Below, one piece after another: positions 9,260-18,427 of a stretch of 64,000 nucleotides of DNA. Source of the DNA: an uncultured Planctomycetota bacterium (GTDB lineage Bacteria; Planctomycetota; Planctomycetia; Isosphaerales; Isosphaeraceae); assembly GCA_963845755.1 (NCBI GenBank), contig CAWJTV010000011.1, positions 480,001 to 544,000 on the forward strand. Reading direction: 5' to 3'. A program made the position numbers and the translations under genes. A model generated the notes under the pieces. The model was not told the origin of the DNA. It ran no database searches and was given only the letters and a program-made list of their open reading frames with translations. Every line of letters begins with the position of its first letter. Position 1 is the stretch's first letter.

Positions 9260-11536
9260 TCATCCCTTCCGCTGCAATCGTGGACTTCGCGATGCTCGGA
9301 GGCTGTGAAGAATCGATTCGGAATCACAGATTCGAGATTCAAAATGGATGTAAGCCGAGCCTGCATAGGCGAGTGCGTTTATTGAATCTCGACTCGGGAA
9401 TCTTCGACCCGATTCTTTCGCATCCTCTGGGGCGATAGGAGGGCTGAACGAACCTGTTGCGATCTCGAAGGCGCGACACGGGGTCAGATCAATCATAAGC
9501 ACGCGTACCACAAAAGAAAGAGGGGAGAACTCGACGTGTATCCTTCCGGCATCGACCGGTTGGAGGATCGGTTTCGGCCATTGTTTTCCGCCTTTGCCGG
9601 CCACCATCCCAACCGTGAATCCAAGGTTGACCGATCGCGAGCGACCAGGTTCACCCGGGAGCAATCCCGCGGTCTGATCCATTGCCGGCAGGTGCGAACG
9701 TCGGACGGTTCGGCGGGACCCTCTTCGCATGTCTCGATTGCCCAACGAGTAATGGTCATGATGGATTTCGAGCACGCGGCCCGGGCGGTCGCAACCGATG
9801 CCCAAGCCCGAGGCGATGGGGGACGCGAACGCGTGGCTGCGGTCATTGTGTTGCGATCGAGCAACGTACCGGGCCGAGGCCCGCTCGGGCCGCGCGGCGG
9901 GATTTCGGAGCGACGATGGCTTTGTTTTGCCGATTCTCCTGATCGACGTTCGCCGTGATCGAGTCCGTACGCCTCGCTGGACATCCGCGTGTCGGGCCAG
10001 AGCGATCTCGCGGGACCTCCCGGCGGATCGCCCTTCATCGGCCCCTCGGGCACCTTCTCCCCGCGGGAGGAGCAGGGGACGAGATACGGCTCCGCCGCGC
10101 CGGGAGGCCGCCGCGGAGCCAACCCGCGGTCGCCCTTGCCCCGGCGGGGAAACGGATGGGGTGAGGGGGAGCCGCGCGATGGGGTTCATTGAGACGTCTC
10201 GGGAACTCTTTAGCGGACCGCGGCCGACGGCCGCGGTCGGTTCGCCTTGCGTATCGCGATGACTGCGAACCGCCACACCGAAGAGCAGGGCGAGCACCAT
10301 CGCGGAGATCAGGGCGCGGAGAAACGGCAGCCCGCGACGAGCGATCGCCCCAACCTCCGGCGACGTCGGTTCGTTTGGCCCATTCCCGCCATCGACCGGC
10401 GGTATCGGTTCGTTTGGCCCATTCCCGCCATCGACCGGCGGGTCCGTGGGTTCGTTTCGCGCATTCCCGTCATCGTCTGGTGAGTTTACGCAACACGGGC
10501 CACCGGACGCGGAAGACGTCTCCGTTCTCCGGCCGGATCGGCGGACCTTGAACAGGGTGTCGAGGCTGCGGAACAGCGACCGACTGCACGAGAACTGGTA
10601 GCGGCGCAGCCGCTCTCCCTCGGTGCTGGTGTCGAACGACAGGAGGGCCGCCTGCTGGGCGGCCTCGGCCTCGGCGCGCTGGCGATGTCCGTCGACGAGC
10701 GGCTCCAGGCGCGCGATCGCCTGCTCGGCGACGCTCCGCAACTCCTCGATCGTCGCCTCCTGATCCTGCGCCAGCCCCTCGACCAACTGCCGGTCCAGCT
10801 TGCGTGCGAGGTACCCGTCGATCTCCGGGTGCGGATTGGCCCGCCGGCGCTCGCAGTGGTTCTCCCACTCCTCGGCCGTCAGGTTCAGCGGTGGTTTCCC
10901 CAAAAGGCGGATCGCCCTGGACTTCTCGGTCGATGGCCAGGCCTGGCCCTGGTCGAGGATCGCGCGGAGCTCGATCCAGCGGTCGAGCATCCACTCGCAG
11001 CCGGGACCGGTGGATTCGAGCCGGCGGACGATGGCCCCGGCGTGATCGAGGACGTCGAGGGGCCGGGAGGTCGGGGACTTGCGGCCCGGGAGCAGGGCTT
11101 CGAGGATCTGGCTCTGAAGCTTGATGCTTCCCGATCCATTGCGATCGCTGAAGAGCCGACGGCCCAGCGCGGCGGCCTCTTCCTGCTGACGGTTCGCCTC
11201 CAGGACCGGCAGCGTTTCGATGATGTGGGACAATCGGGCGACCTCGGCGCGATCGGCCCGATCTAATTTCCAGGAGGACTGCACGGCCTGCTCGACCAGG
11301 AACTGCTCGACGTCGTTCTGAGGCTGGAGGTTGCCGATCCAGGAGTCGAGCCGCTCTTGAAGCGCGTCGGGATCCTCGCCGGGCAAGACGAGGGTCCTGG
11401 CGGTCATGCCGTGCTTGACGGCGTTGAACCGGGAGCGGTTCTTGCCCTCGGGGGTCCGGGGTCCGGTGCTCTTCTGGGCATTGCGGCGGTTGATCTCGGC
11501 CCGATCGGGCCTGGACAGAGTCGCGGTCGCGGTCAT
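9260..11536 (-). CDS. Hypothetical protein of the NRRNAQKSTGPRTPEGK family (3' end uncertain, probably near 10150-10250)
   Basis: N-terminal NRRNAQKSTGPRTPEGKNRSRFNAVKHG motif, helical core, NEPT/NEPI repeats and one hydrophobic segment. The distal ORF runs through REP-like DNA and does not look coding. Confidence 0.7.
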   Translation of the reverse strand: MTATATLSRPDRAEINRRNAQKSTGPRTPEGKNRSRFNAVKHGMTARTLVLPGEDPDALQERLDSWIGNLQPQNDVEQFLVEQAVQSSWKLDRADRAEVARLSHIIETLPVLEANRQQEEAAALGRRLFSDRNGSGSIKLQSQILEALLPGRKSPTSRPLDVLDHAGAIVRRLESTGPGCEWMLDRWIELRAILDQGQAWPSTEKSRAIRLLGKPPLNLTAEEWENHCERRRANPHPEIDGYLARKLDRQLVEGLAQDQEATIEELRSVAEQAIARLEPLVDGHRQRAEAEAAQQAALLSFDTSTEGERLRRYQFSCSRSLFRSLDTLFKVRRSGRRTETSSASGGPCCVNSPDDDGNARNEPTDPPVDGGNGPNEPIPPVDGGNGPNEPTSPEVGAIARRGLPFLRALISAMVLALLFGVAVRSHRDTQGEPTAAVGRGPLKSSRDVSMNPIARLPLTPSVSPPGQGRPRVGSAAASRRGGAVSRPLLLPRGEGARGADEGRSAGRSREIALARHADVQRGVRTRSRRTSIRRIGKTKPSSLRNPAARPERASARYVARSQHNDRSHAFASPIASGLGIGCDRPGRVLEIHHDHYSLGNRDMRRGSRRTVRRSHLPAMDQTAGLLPGEPGRSRSVNLGFTVGMVAGKGGKQWPKPILQPVDAGRIHVEFSPLSFVVRVLMIDLTPCRAFEIATGSFSPPIAPEDAKESGRRFPSRDSINALAYAGSAYIHFESRICDSESILHSLRASRSPRLQRKG
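10028..10172. repeat. Degenerate REP-like palindromes
   Basis: cccttcatcggcccctcgggcaccttctccccgcgggaggagcagggg and cccttgccccggcgggggaaacggatggggtgagggg are hairpin-forming and oppositely oriented. Confidence 0.5.
10366..10458 (-). repeat. Short intragenic tandem repeat (GPNEPxxPVDGGN)
   Basis: tcggttcgtttggcccattcccgccatcgaccggcgg occurs twice at a 39-bp period, followed by a partial third copy. Confidence 0.85.
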
Positions 11537-11963
11537 GAGGTAGGCCCCTGGTGCGGATTCCTCGGCAGTCGTCCTCAGCGTCAGATCGTGTCGCCTGGCT
11601 CGACGGCGCCGCGCCGCCGTTTACCCATACGATCCGCACGAGCGCGCTCTCAGTTGCATAAAAATTGCTGCATGTCAGGGTTTTCCGACGGGGGTTCCGC
11701 CGAAACCTGATGCTGCATCAACAGTTACGTCGAACGACGCGGAGCCCGGAAATGCTTAAAAAAACCAGTCTGACCAAGCTGGCTGGCGCGTCGCCCCCGG
11801 CCAGCCGGTGAAGGTGTCGGGAAGCCTAGATCCAATACGGTTGAATGAGCGTTAACCAGAAGAAAGGGCAAGACTTGCGAACGCCTTGTTCCCGCTCCGG
11901 AGCGTGAGAACGAGAACCAGGGATGTATCCGCGTCGGCCCAGGGGCGTATGTAACCCAAATCG

Positions 11964-13291
11964 TCAAGCGCCCTGGTGGTTTGTCACATTCGAGTCTGTG
12001 GAGCCTTCGAACGACAGGCTCGCGATTCCTCTCGGCACCACGTGGCCGGCAATGAGGTCCGCCAGTTTGCCGACTTCGACGGTGCGATCGTGGAGTTTGG
12101 TTACCCACATCGCACCGGCTTGGCCCATGCGCTCCAGGAGGTCCGGCGGTGCTGAGAGGGCCTCGTGCATCGCCTCGGTCAAACTTTGGACCGACCCCGC
12201 GGGAATGAGCCAGCCGTTGATTCCGGGCTGGACCAACTCGGGAATGCCCGCGATGTGAGTGGTGATGACCGGCCGATGCAGGGCCAGCGACTCCATGATG
12301 ACAGCGGGTAGCCCCTCGGCGAAACTCGGCAAGACCAGGGCGCGGGAGTTGAGCATCTCGTGGCGCACGCCTGCCTCGTCCAGCCAACCGGTGAGGCGGA
12401 TGCGATCTTTCAGATGGCGGTCCGCGATGAGTCGCTCGATCGGTCGTCGCAGGGGACCATCGCCGACCAACACCAGTTCCGCGTCTACCCCCGCCGCGGC
12501 GAGGCGGCCCATCGCCTCGACGAGCAGGAGTTGGCCTTTCTGTTCGGCGAGCCGACCGACGCAGACCAGCCGCGGCTCTTTCGTAATCGCGGCCCGCTGG
12601 CTCGTGTGGAAGCACTCGGCCACACCGCAGCGGATGAGGTGGATCTTCGGCCAGTCGGCGCGGTCCGACCAGCGGTAGAGCTGCGCCGACTGAAGCTGCT
12701 GACGGTGGCTACGAACGCGGCGCGGCGAATCTTTTCGGCGAGGGCAATTTGGATCGGACGATCGAATTCTCCCGGGCCATGGATGGTCAGACTGTAGGGA
12801 ATGTCGTTGATCGCCGCGGCGAGCATGGTGACGGCCGCCGAGTCTTCACCAATATGGTTGTGCAGGTGCTGCACCCCTTTCGCCTTCAGCCGCTCGGCCA
12901 GGTACGTGGCCTCCACGAGGTAGGCCAGGGGCCAGAGCCTGCCCTTCAAGCCTGGCGCTCCGATCCGGAGCGCCAGCCATGCCGCGCCGAGCAGCCGGTG
13001 CGGTAAGCGGAGGGCTGCCATCAAGAAGGCCATCGCCAGCCGCCCGAGGCCCACAGGAAGCAAGAACTCGGTGCTGGCATGCTCACGACGGGCCGACTCG
13101 CCGACCAACTCGCCAGGGCCCGGCTCTCCGGTCGCGAAGGTGTGGACGGTGAAGCCCAGCTCGCGGAGGCCGACCACTTCGCCGCGGATGTAGTCGTCGC
13201 ACACCCGGCCGTAGACGCTGGCCATATAACCGATCGTCGGGGAGGCTGGACGATCGCCATGGGTAGGCCCCCCTGGCAAGGGCCGCTTCAT
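11964..13291 (-). CDS. GT4 glycosyltransferase, WcaL-like (frameshift near 12680)
   Basis: N-terminal HLHNHIG and YSLTIHGPGEFD. C-terminal VGRLAEQKGQ and LPSFAEGLPAVIMESLAL (EX7E). Confidence 0.9.
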
Positions 13292-13414
13292 GACGTCCTC
13301 TCGATACATACTCCACCTCGTGGGGACTCCCGCATCTACGGGGTCATTGGGACAATCGGCGACCGAGCGGGTGTGTCCGACTCCGGGAGTCGTTCTGCAC
13401 AAGAGGGATCGATG

Positions 13415-14085
13415 TTAAGTCGGTGACGGCACCGGCACGTAGAAGGCATACGACTTCTCCAGACCCATCAATCGCTCGACGTAGCACTTGCTGCGCGGGA
13501 ATAACTCGGCCATGCGTCGCCGAGTCAGGACACGAGTGTTTCGCATGAACTCGGACCACGCTGGCGTGGCGCGGGCCCAGCGAGCGATCAGGTGAGCACG
13601 TACGGGCTTGGGTAACTGCCAGTAGAACGGGATCATGCAATGCGATTCGATCGGGAATCGATTGCTGGGCGTCTGGACCCAATAGGAAGGCGCGAGTCGG
13701 CGGACCTCGCGTGCGAAAGCCTCCTGACGCGCTTCATCGCCGATGTGCTCGATCGTCGCGTTGCTGAAAACCAGGTCGAAGGAGTCGTCCTCGAACATAT
13801 CGCTCAGGTCGCAAGCGTCAGCGTGGACGTACGTAAACCGATGGGACTTCAGGGCCGGTGCCATTGCGGCGGAGGAGGGGAGGTTGACCAGCGTGACGTG
13901 GAAGTCCCGATCCAGGGTTTGCCACAGCGCGGGGGTGCCGCCTAGATCGATAATCCGCGCGCCGCGCTCAAATGGGTCAGCTCGAGGAAGCGTTGCATCC
14001 GGCGGGCGCGCCACCGCGGGGCCAGATGCCGCGTGACATACGAGTGGAGTCGGAGCCCCGCGGGCGCCATGGGAGGATTCTCCAT
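13415..14085 (-). CDS. Class I SAM-dependent methyltransferase (frameshift near 13970; start uncertain)
   Basis: RARRMQRF, then IIDLGGTP, DACDL, FDLVFSNATIEHIG and WVQTPSNRFPIESH. Confidence 0.85.
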
Positions 14086-14257
14086 CTGGAAGGCTCGTTT
14101 ACGGCAACGCCCCGTCCATCCATGCCTTTCGGACGGATTGCGCGAGGCAGCCATGGGATCGATCGACGAGGAGCTGGCTCCGATCGAGGAAGCACGAGGG
14201 ATCACAGCATCCGGTCGGGCTGACCGCGGCCCCGCCGTCCTCGGATTAAGGCCCTTT

Positions 14258-15127
14258 CTATCGCTTCGGGGTAGATCGAGTCGTAGGAGAAGGATCCTCC
14301 AGTGAGTCTAAGGATCGATCCTGACGCCGGAATTCCCGACTCGTCGCGAATCTCAACAGCGATTTGGCGAGGAATACCGCGTTGCGGCTGTAGCGAGGAG
14401 TCAGGCGAACCGGCTCCTGATAGATGCGGTAGGGCGTCTCCAGGCCGAGAGTTCGCATCCAGCGCAGTGCGCGGGGAATCCTCCCGGCGGCGAAGTCGAT
14501 CGCCGATCCGACCTGGATGCTGACCGGGACTTTGAGAGTCTTGTAGTTTCGGAATAGCCAGCGTTCACCCTGGGGTTGGCTCATCGCCAGGAACATCACA
14601 TCCGGCCTTGCCGCACGAATGCGGGCGATCAGTTGCTGATGCTCGTCGGGCCCCAGGTCCCGGAATACGGGCGACTCGGTCCCCACGATGCGGAGACCCG
14701 CATAGAGGTTACAGAGATTCCGAACGGCCTGATCGGCCACGCCGGGCGCACCGCCGAGAAAGAACAGGTTATAGCCCTTGCCGGCCGCGAGTTCGCTGAA
14801 TCGATAGAGCAAATCCGTGCCAGTGACGCGCTCCGGGAGCGGCCGGCTCGTCAGCCAGGAGGTCCAGACCAGGGTGATGCCATCCGGGACGATGAACGCG
14901 GCTCCTTGGTTGACCCTGTGCAGATCTGGATCACGTGCGACATGCATCGCATAATTGAGATTGGCGGTGATGATGTAACCTGGATCCCCCAGGAGGACGA
15001 GGCGTTCCACCTTCTCCGCGGCCTGGTCGAGCGTCACGGAGGCGAAAGGGATGTCGAAAACCCAGGTCGGCGGGGGATTGTCCGGCGGCTCGTGCCCCCC
15101 GATGGCCCCGTTACTCATCGTTTTCAT
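14258..15127 (-). CDS. WecB/TagA/CpsF (GT26) glycosyltransferase
   Basis: IITANLNY, VPDGITLVW, ERVTGTDL, FFLGGAPGVA and GSAIDFAAGRIPRA. Confidence 0.93.
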   Translation of the reverse strand: MKTMSNGAIGGHEPPDNPPPTWVFDIPFASVTLDQAAEKVERLVLLGDPGYIITANLNYAMHVARDPDLHRVNQGAAFIVPDGITLVWTSWLTSRPLPERVTGTDLLYRFSELAAGKGYNLFFLGGAPGVADQAVRNLCNLYAGLRIVGTESPVFRDLGPDEHQQLIARIRAARPDVMFLAMSQPQGERWLFRNYKTLKVPVSIQVGSAIDFAAGRIPRALRWMRTLGLETPYRIYQEPVRLTPRYSRNAVFLAKSLLRFATSREFRRQDRSLDSLEDPSPTTRSTPKR

Positions 15128-16033
15128 CCCTTCCGACTCTGCTCGATCCGACTGCGTCTGACATCCGCAAGATCGGCGGCAGCAACATCCTCAAGGTATT
15201 CGATGGGATGGAACTCATAGATCTTCGCCAAGGCGTAAAGCTTCTTGGCCGCCGTGTCTCGGCCGATCCGGCGAACCCGGTCGGCCGCCCTCGGCAAGAG
15301 GGAGTCTAATCGCCGAGCGGGGTACGTGATGGGATCCGCTGATGCGTCGATATCATATGGATGAAGATACACCAAGGGAACGAACCCTTGGCGGGCTCCT
15401 CGTTCGAGCAGACGAACGATGAACGGCAAGGGGAGGAGGCGAAAATACGTCCCTCCGATCACGGTGAGACGCTTGGAACCCCATCCGATGCATGGAAGCG
15501 GTACTTCCCATACCGTCCCGCTCGAACCGGGGAGGGCAAACCTCCCGGAGAACCCACGGGGTGCGTTGTGACAACGAAAGGAGCTGTCCAACGTGATGCC
15601 GGCTCGAGCCAACACATCACCGAACCAAGAAGTGCATCCCTCGGCGCTGAAATACCGGTGCGCGATACGCCCGGACCGGCCACCCGGCGACATCCTCCAA
15701 TTCCGACTTCGCCGTGAGGAGATCCCGCTCGAAAAGTAAGGCCCCTAGCTTGTTCACGGGAAGGTGTTCTTGGCCATGACAGGCGAGCCGATGTCGTGAG
15801 GTGATCTCGGCCCAGCACGAGATGGGGAGTTCACGAACCAGCCTTCCCACCGCAAAGAAGGTCGCGGCAGCGTCGCAGAGATCCAATAACTGCAATACTG
15901 CCTCGAGCTGACGCTGGACCTCGGCCGGATGCGGTGGCGCGTCCTCCCCCCAGTAATCTCGCAGGTACTGGCGGCGGTAATCTTCGAGATCGATCGTCAA
16001 AATGGCGATCGGACGCTTAGCGTGCACACCCAT
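15124..16033 (-). CDS. Polysaccharide deacetylase with DUF3473-like C-terminus (frameshift near 15640)
   Basis: LTIDLEDY, ATFFAVG, LACHGQEH and YRAPxFS, then GGTYFRLLP and VYLHPYDID. Its stop overlaps the start of the next gene. Confidence 0.88.
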
Positions 16034-16136
16034 GCGACGATCTCTTCCAGGCGGGTTACCTCGGTACGACATCATTGATCCCCCGCTGAATCCCTTACCG
16101 CAGGAATACACCACCTTTCTTGACCGCCGACTAGTC

Positions 16137-16237
16137 ATCGATGCAAAAAAACAACGTTACTTGAATATTAAAGCCGATCTCTCCAGACACCGGCCATTGA
16201 TCGACGCAAAAAACGACTCTAACCGAATATTAAAGCC
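16137..16237. promoter_or_regulatory. Imperfect AT-rich direct repeat upstream of the polysaccharide operon
   Basis: atcgatgcaaaaaaacaacgttacttgaatattaaagcc (16137) and atcgacgcaaaaaacgactctaaccgaatattaaagcc (16200). Confidence 0.55.
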
Positions 16238-17168
16238 AAAGATGCTCTTAAAAATAACGTGAGTCCCGGTTCAGCCCAAGGCGAATGAGATGGTTGCCCA
16301 AGGAAGCGGAGCCGGGGAGAATGCATCATCTGGCATCTGGCCCGTTCGGAGGTGGGGGAATGAATCGTGTCAGATTCTCGGGAGATCGAAGAGAAAAAAT
16401 GAATCGACATCGTTTTTCCGCCGATTCTTCCCGGACACCGATTCTTCCCGAAGAGGATCATGAACTCGACACCGAACAAAGCACGACTCGCGCATTGCTC
16501 GAGGGACATGGTGATGTCGATCTGCGAGCGAATTGGGATCACGTTGATCGGTACCCGCCTTCGGCGGCCAGCCGAAGGTGTCCGATGGTTGCTCGGCTCG
16601 TGGAAACGATGGAAGCATCCCGAACTACGAGAGGTCTACCACGAGTGGAAGAGAGCGTGTGAATTGTTCAACAAATCAGTAAATAATAGTATAAGTTATA
16701 TCAACGTAAGATGCCATTTAGGTATGACGCTCGACGAGCTCGTACGGTGATCGCCGCACGGGGCCGGCTCCTCCAAGGACATGGACCCGCCGGTTTTCTT
16801 GTAGGAGGCGGCTCCGTCCGCCGATCCCCACTTTCCCTATCGCGTGGACCTGTATAGTGGTCTGTCGGCCGATCATTGTCGGGTCGATCGGCGGAAAAAA
16901 CGGCAGTCTACTCGATCGAAGGCACATCCCACCCGACGATCGACGCGTGACCGAGCACTGGCGGGGCTCTCAGGAACCGGGGCGGCTCCCCTTCGCTTAG
17001 GGAAGGACGGTGAATACGGTGTCGCACGCGTCCAGGGAGACGCCGGATTCGCCGGCCACGCCATCGGGCGGCGTCGTGATGACGGAGATTGCAGCGGCCG
17101 TCGCGAGCGAGAGGTGAGGTGGCAACACGGGACCGACTCACCACAGAGGAAACGTGAATGGGATTCTC

Positions 17169-17247
17169 CTTCGTTTCCTCCGTTTTCTTCTGTTCCAGGA
17201 TGGGACTGCAAACAAGGCTTGAACAGAAGGGAACGAAGTCAACGAAG
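17169..17247. repeat. Imperfect inverted repeat (REP-like hairpin)
   Basis: cttcgtttcctccgttttcttctgttc pairs with gaacagaagggaacgaagtcaacgaag (22/27). Confidence 0.65.
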
Positions 17248-17429
17248 CAACTCATCCTACGCCTGGTCCGTCAGCCCACAGATCCTCACCTAGTTTATGT
17301 GAACTACCACCCTGTTTCACACCATGCTCGCCCGGACAGAATCCCCCAACCCTAATTCTTAGCTGTGACAAAGCACTAGAGCGCTTAACAATTGGATGGC
17401 GCACGCTCGAAGTCCGCTCCCGAAGACCC

Positions 17430-17517
17430 CCCCTGTATCCCCCCTTCGTTAGGGGGGAGGTATTGAAGCGGAACGGTCCCCTGTCTTTTCCCGCCTTACG
17501 AAGGGGGGATACAGGGG
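17430..17517. repeat. REP-like inverted repeat doublet
   Basis: cccctgtatccccccttcgt ... acgaaggggggatacagggg forms a 20-bp perfect inverted repeat. Confidence 0.8.
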
Positions 17518-17715
17518 TGGATTCGCATCGTCACTGGGGCGTGCGCAACCCAACTGCGAGGCGCTGTACGCCGGTAAGGTGCGCCGTGAGTACCGATCCG
17601 TCGCGCCGGTCTTACTCTCCGAGGACGGATGGATGACACGGCCGCCGATGATTCCCTTCCATCGAGGGGATCGGTAGAATCGGTGAACAATTAGTTTAAC
17701 TGATGGAATCCATCA

Positions 17716-18336
17716 ATGCCAGACGCCGAAGACGGTTCGATCACGCGGTGGATGATCGGCGTGAAGGGGGGCGACCTCGCGGCGGCGCAGCCGCTGTGGG
17801 AGCGTTACTTCGCGCGGATGGTCGAGCTGGCGCGGGTGCGGCTGCGCGCCTCGGGGCGCCGGGACGCCGCCAGCGACGAGGAAGATGCCGCGCTCTCCGC
17901 CTTCGACAGCCTCTGCGCGGGGTTGGCCCGGGGACAATTCCCCCAACTGGCCGACCGCGACGACCTCTGGCGGCTGCTCGTGGTCATCACCACGCGGAAG
18001 GTCCAGGCGCAGGCGCGGGGGAAATACCGCCAGAAGCGCGGTGGCGGCCTCGTCCGGGCCGCCTCCGAATTCGCCGACAATGGCGACGGTGATGACGACG
18101 ACCTGCTGTCCCAGGCCGTCGGCTCCGAACCGACCCCGGAGTTCGCAGTCATGGTCGCCGAAGAATATCGGAGACTTCTCGACCGGCTCGATGACGACGT
18201 CCTCCGCAAGGTGGCCGTGTTCCGCATGGAGGGCTATACCACCGACGCCATCGCCGATCAGCTCGGCTGCGCCCGCCGCACCGTCGCGCGGCAACTGGCG
18301 CTGATCCGCCGAATCCTCGATGCGGATTCGGAATGA
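17716..18336 (+). CDS. ECF-type sigma factor, kinase-associated planctomycete type
   Basis: GSITRW...LWERYFARMVELAR, DEEDAALSAF, DRDDLWRLL, EPTPEFA and C-terminal HTH EGYTTDAIADQLGCARRTVARQL. Confidence 0.92.
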   Translation: MPDAEDGSITRWMIGVKGGDLAAAQPLWERYFARMVELARVRLRASGRRDAASDEEDAALSAFDSLCAGLARGQFPQLADRDDLWRLLVVITTRKVQAQARGKYRQKRGGGLVRAASEFADNGDGDDDDLLSQAVGSEPTPEFAVMVAEEYRRLLDRLDDDVLRKVAVFRMEGYTTDAIADQLGCARRTVARQLALIRRILDADSE

Positions 18337-18345
18337 TTCCTTTCC

Positions 18346-18380
18346 TGTCACAGTTTCCTTCCAGTTGGACATGTTCCCGG
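18346..18380 (+). promoter_or_regulatory. Putative ECF promoter TGTCAC-N15-GGACAT
   Basis: The same bipartite motif and spacing recurs at 22318-22352, upstream of the paralogous kinase. Confidence 0.65.
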
Positions 18381-18427
18381 CGTAGGGTCATCCGCGAGCA
18401 TCGTTCGGTTGCGACGAGCGAGCCCTA

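Noticed and set aside
16680..16708. dif/Xer site in the AT-rich patch
   Set aside because: Only a partial match to one XerD-like arm (ttatatcaacg), and the other arm does not fit.
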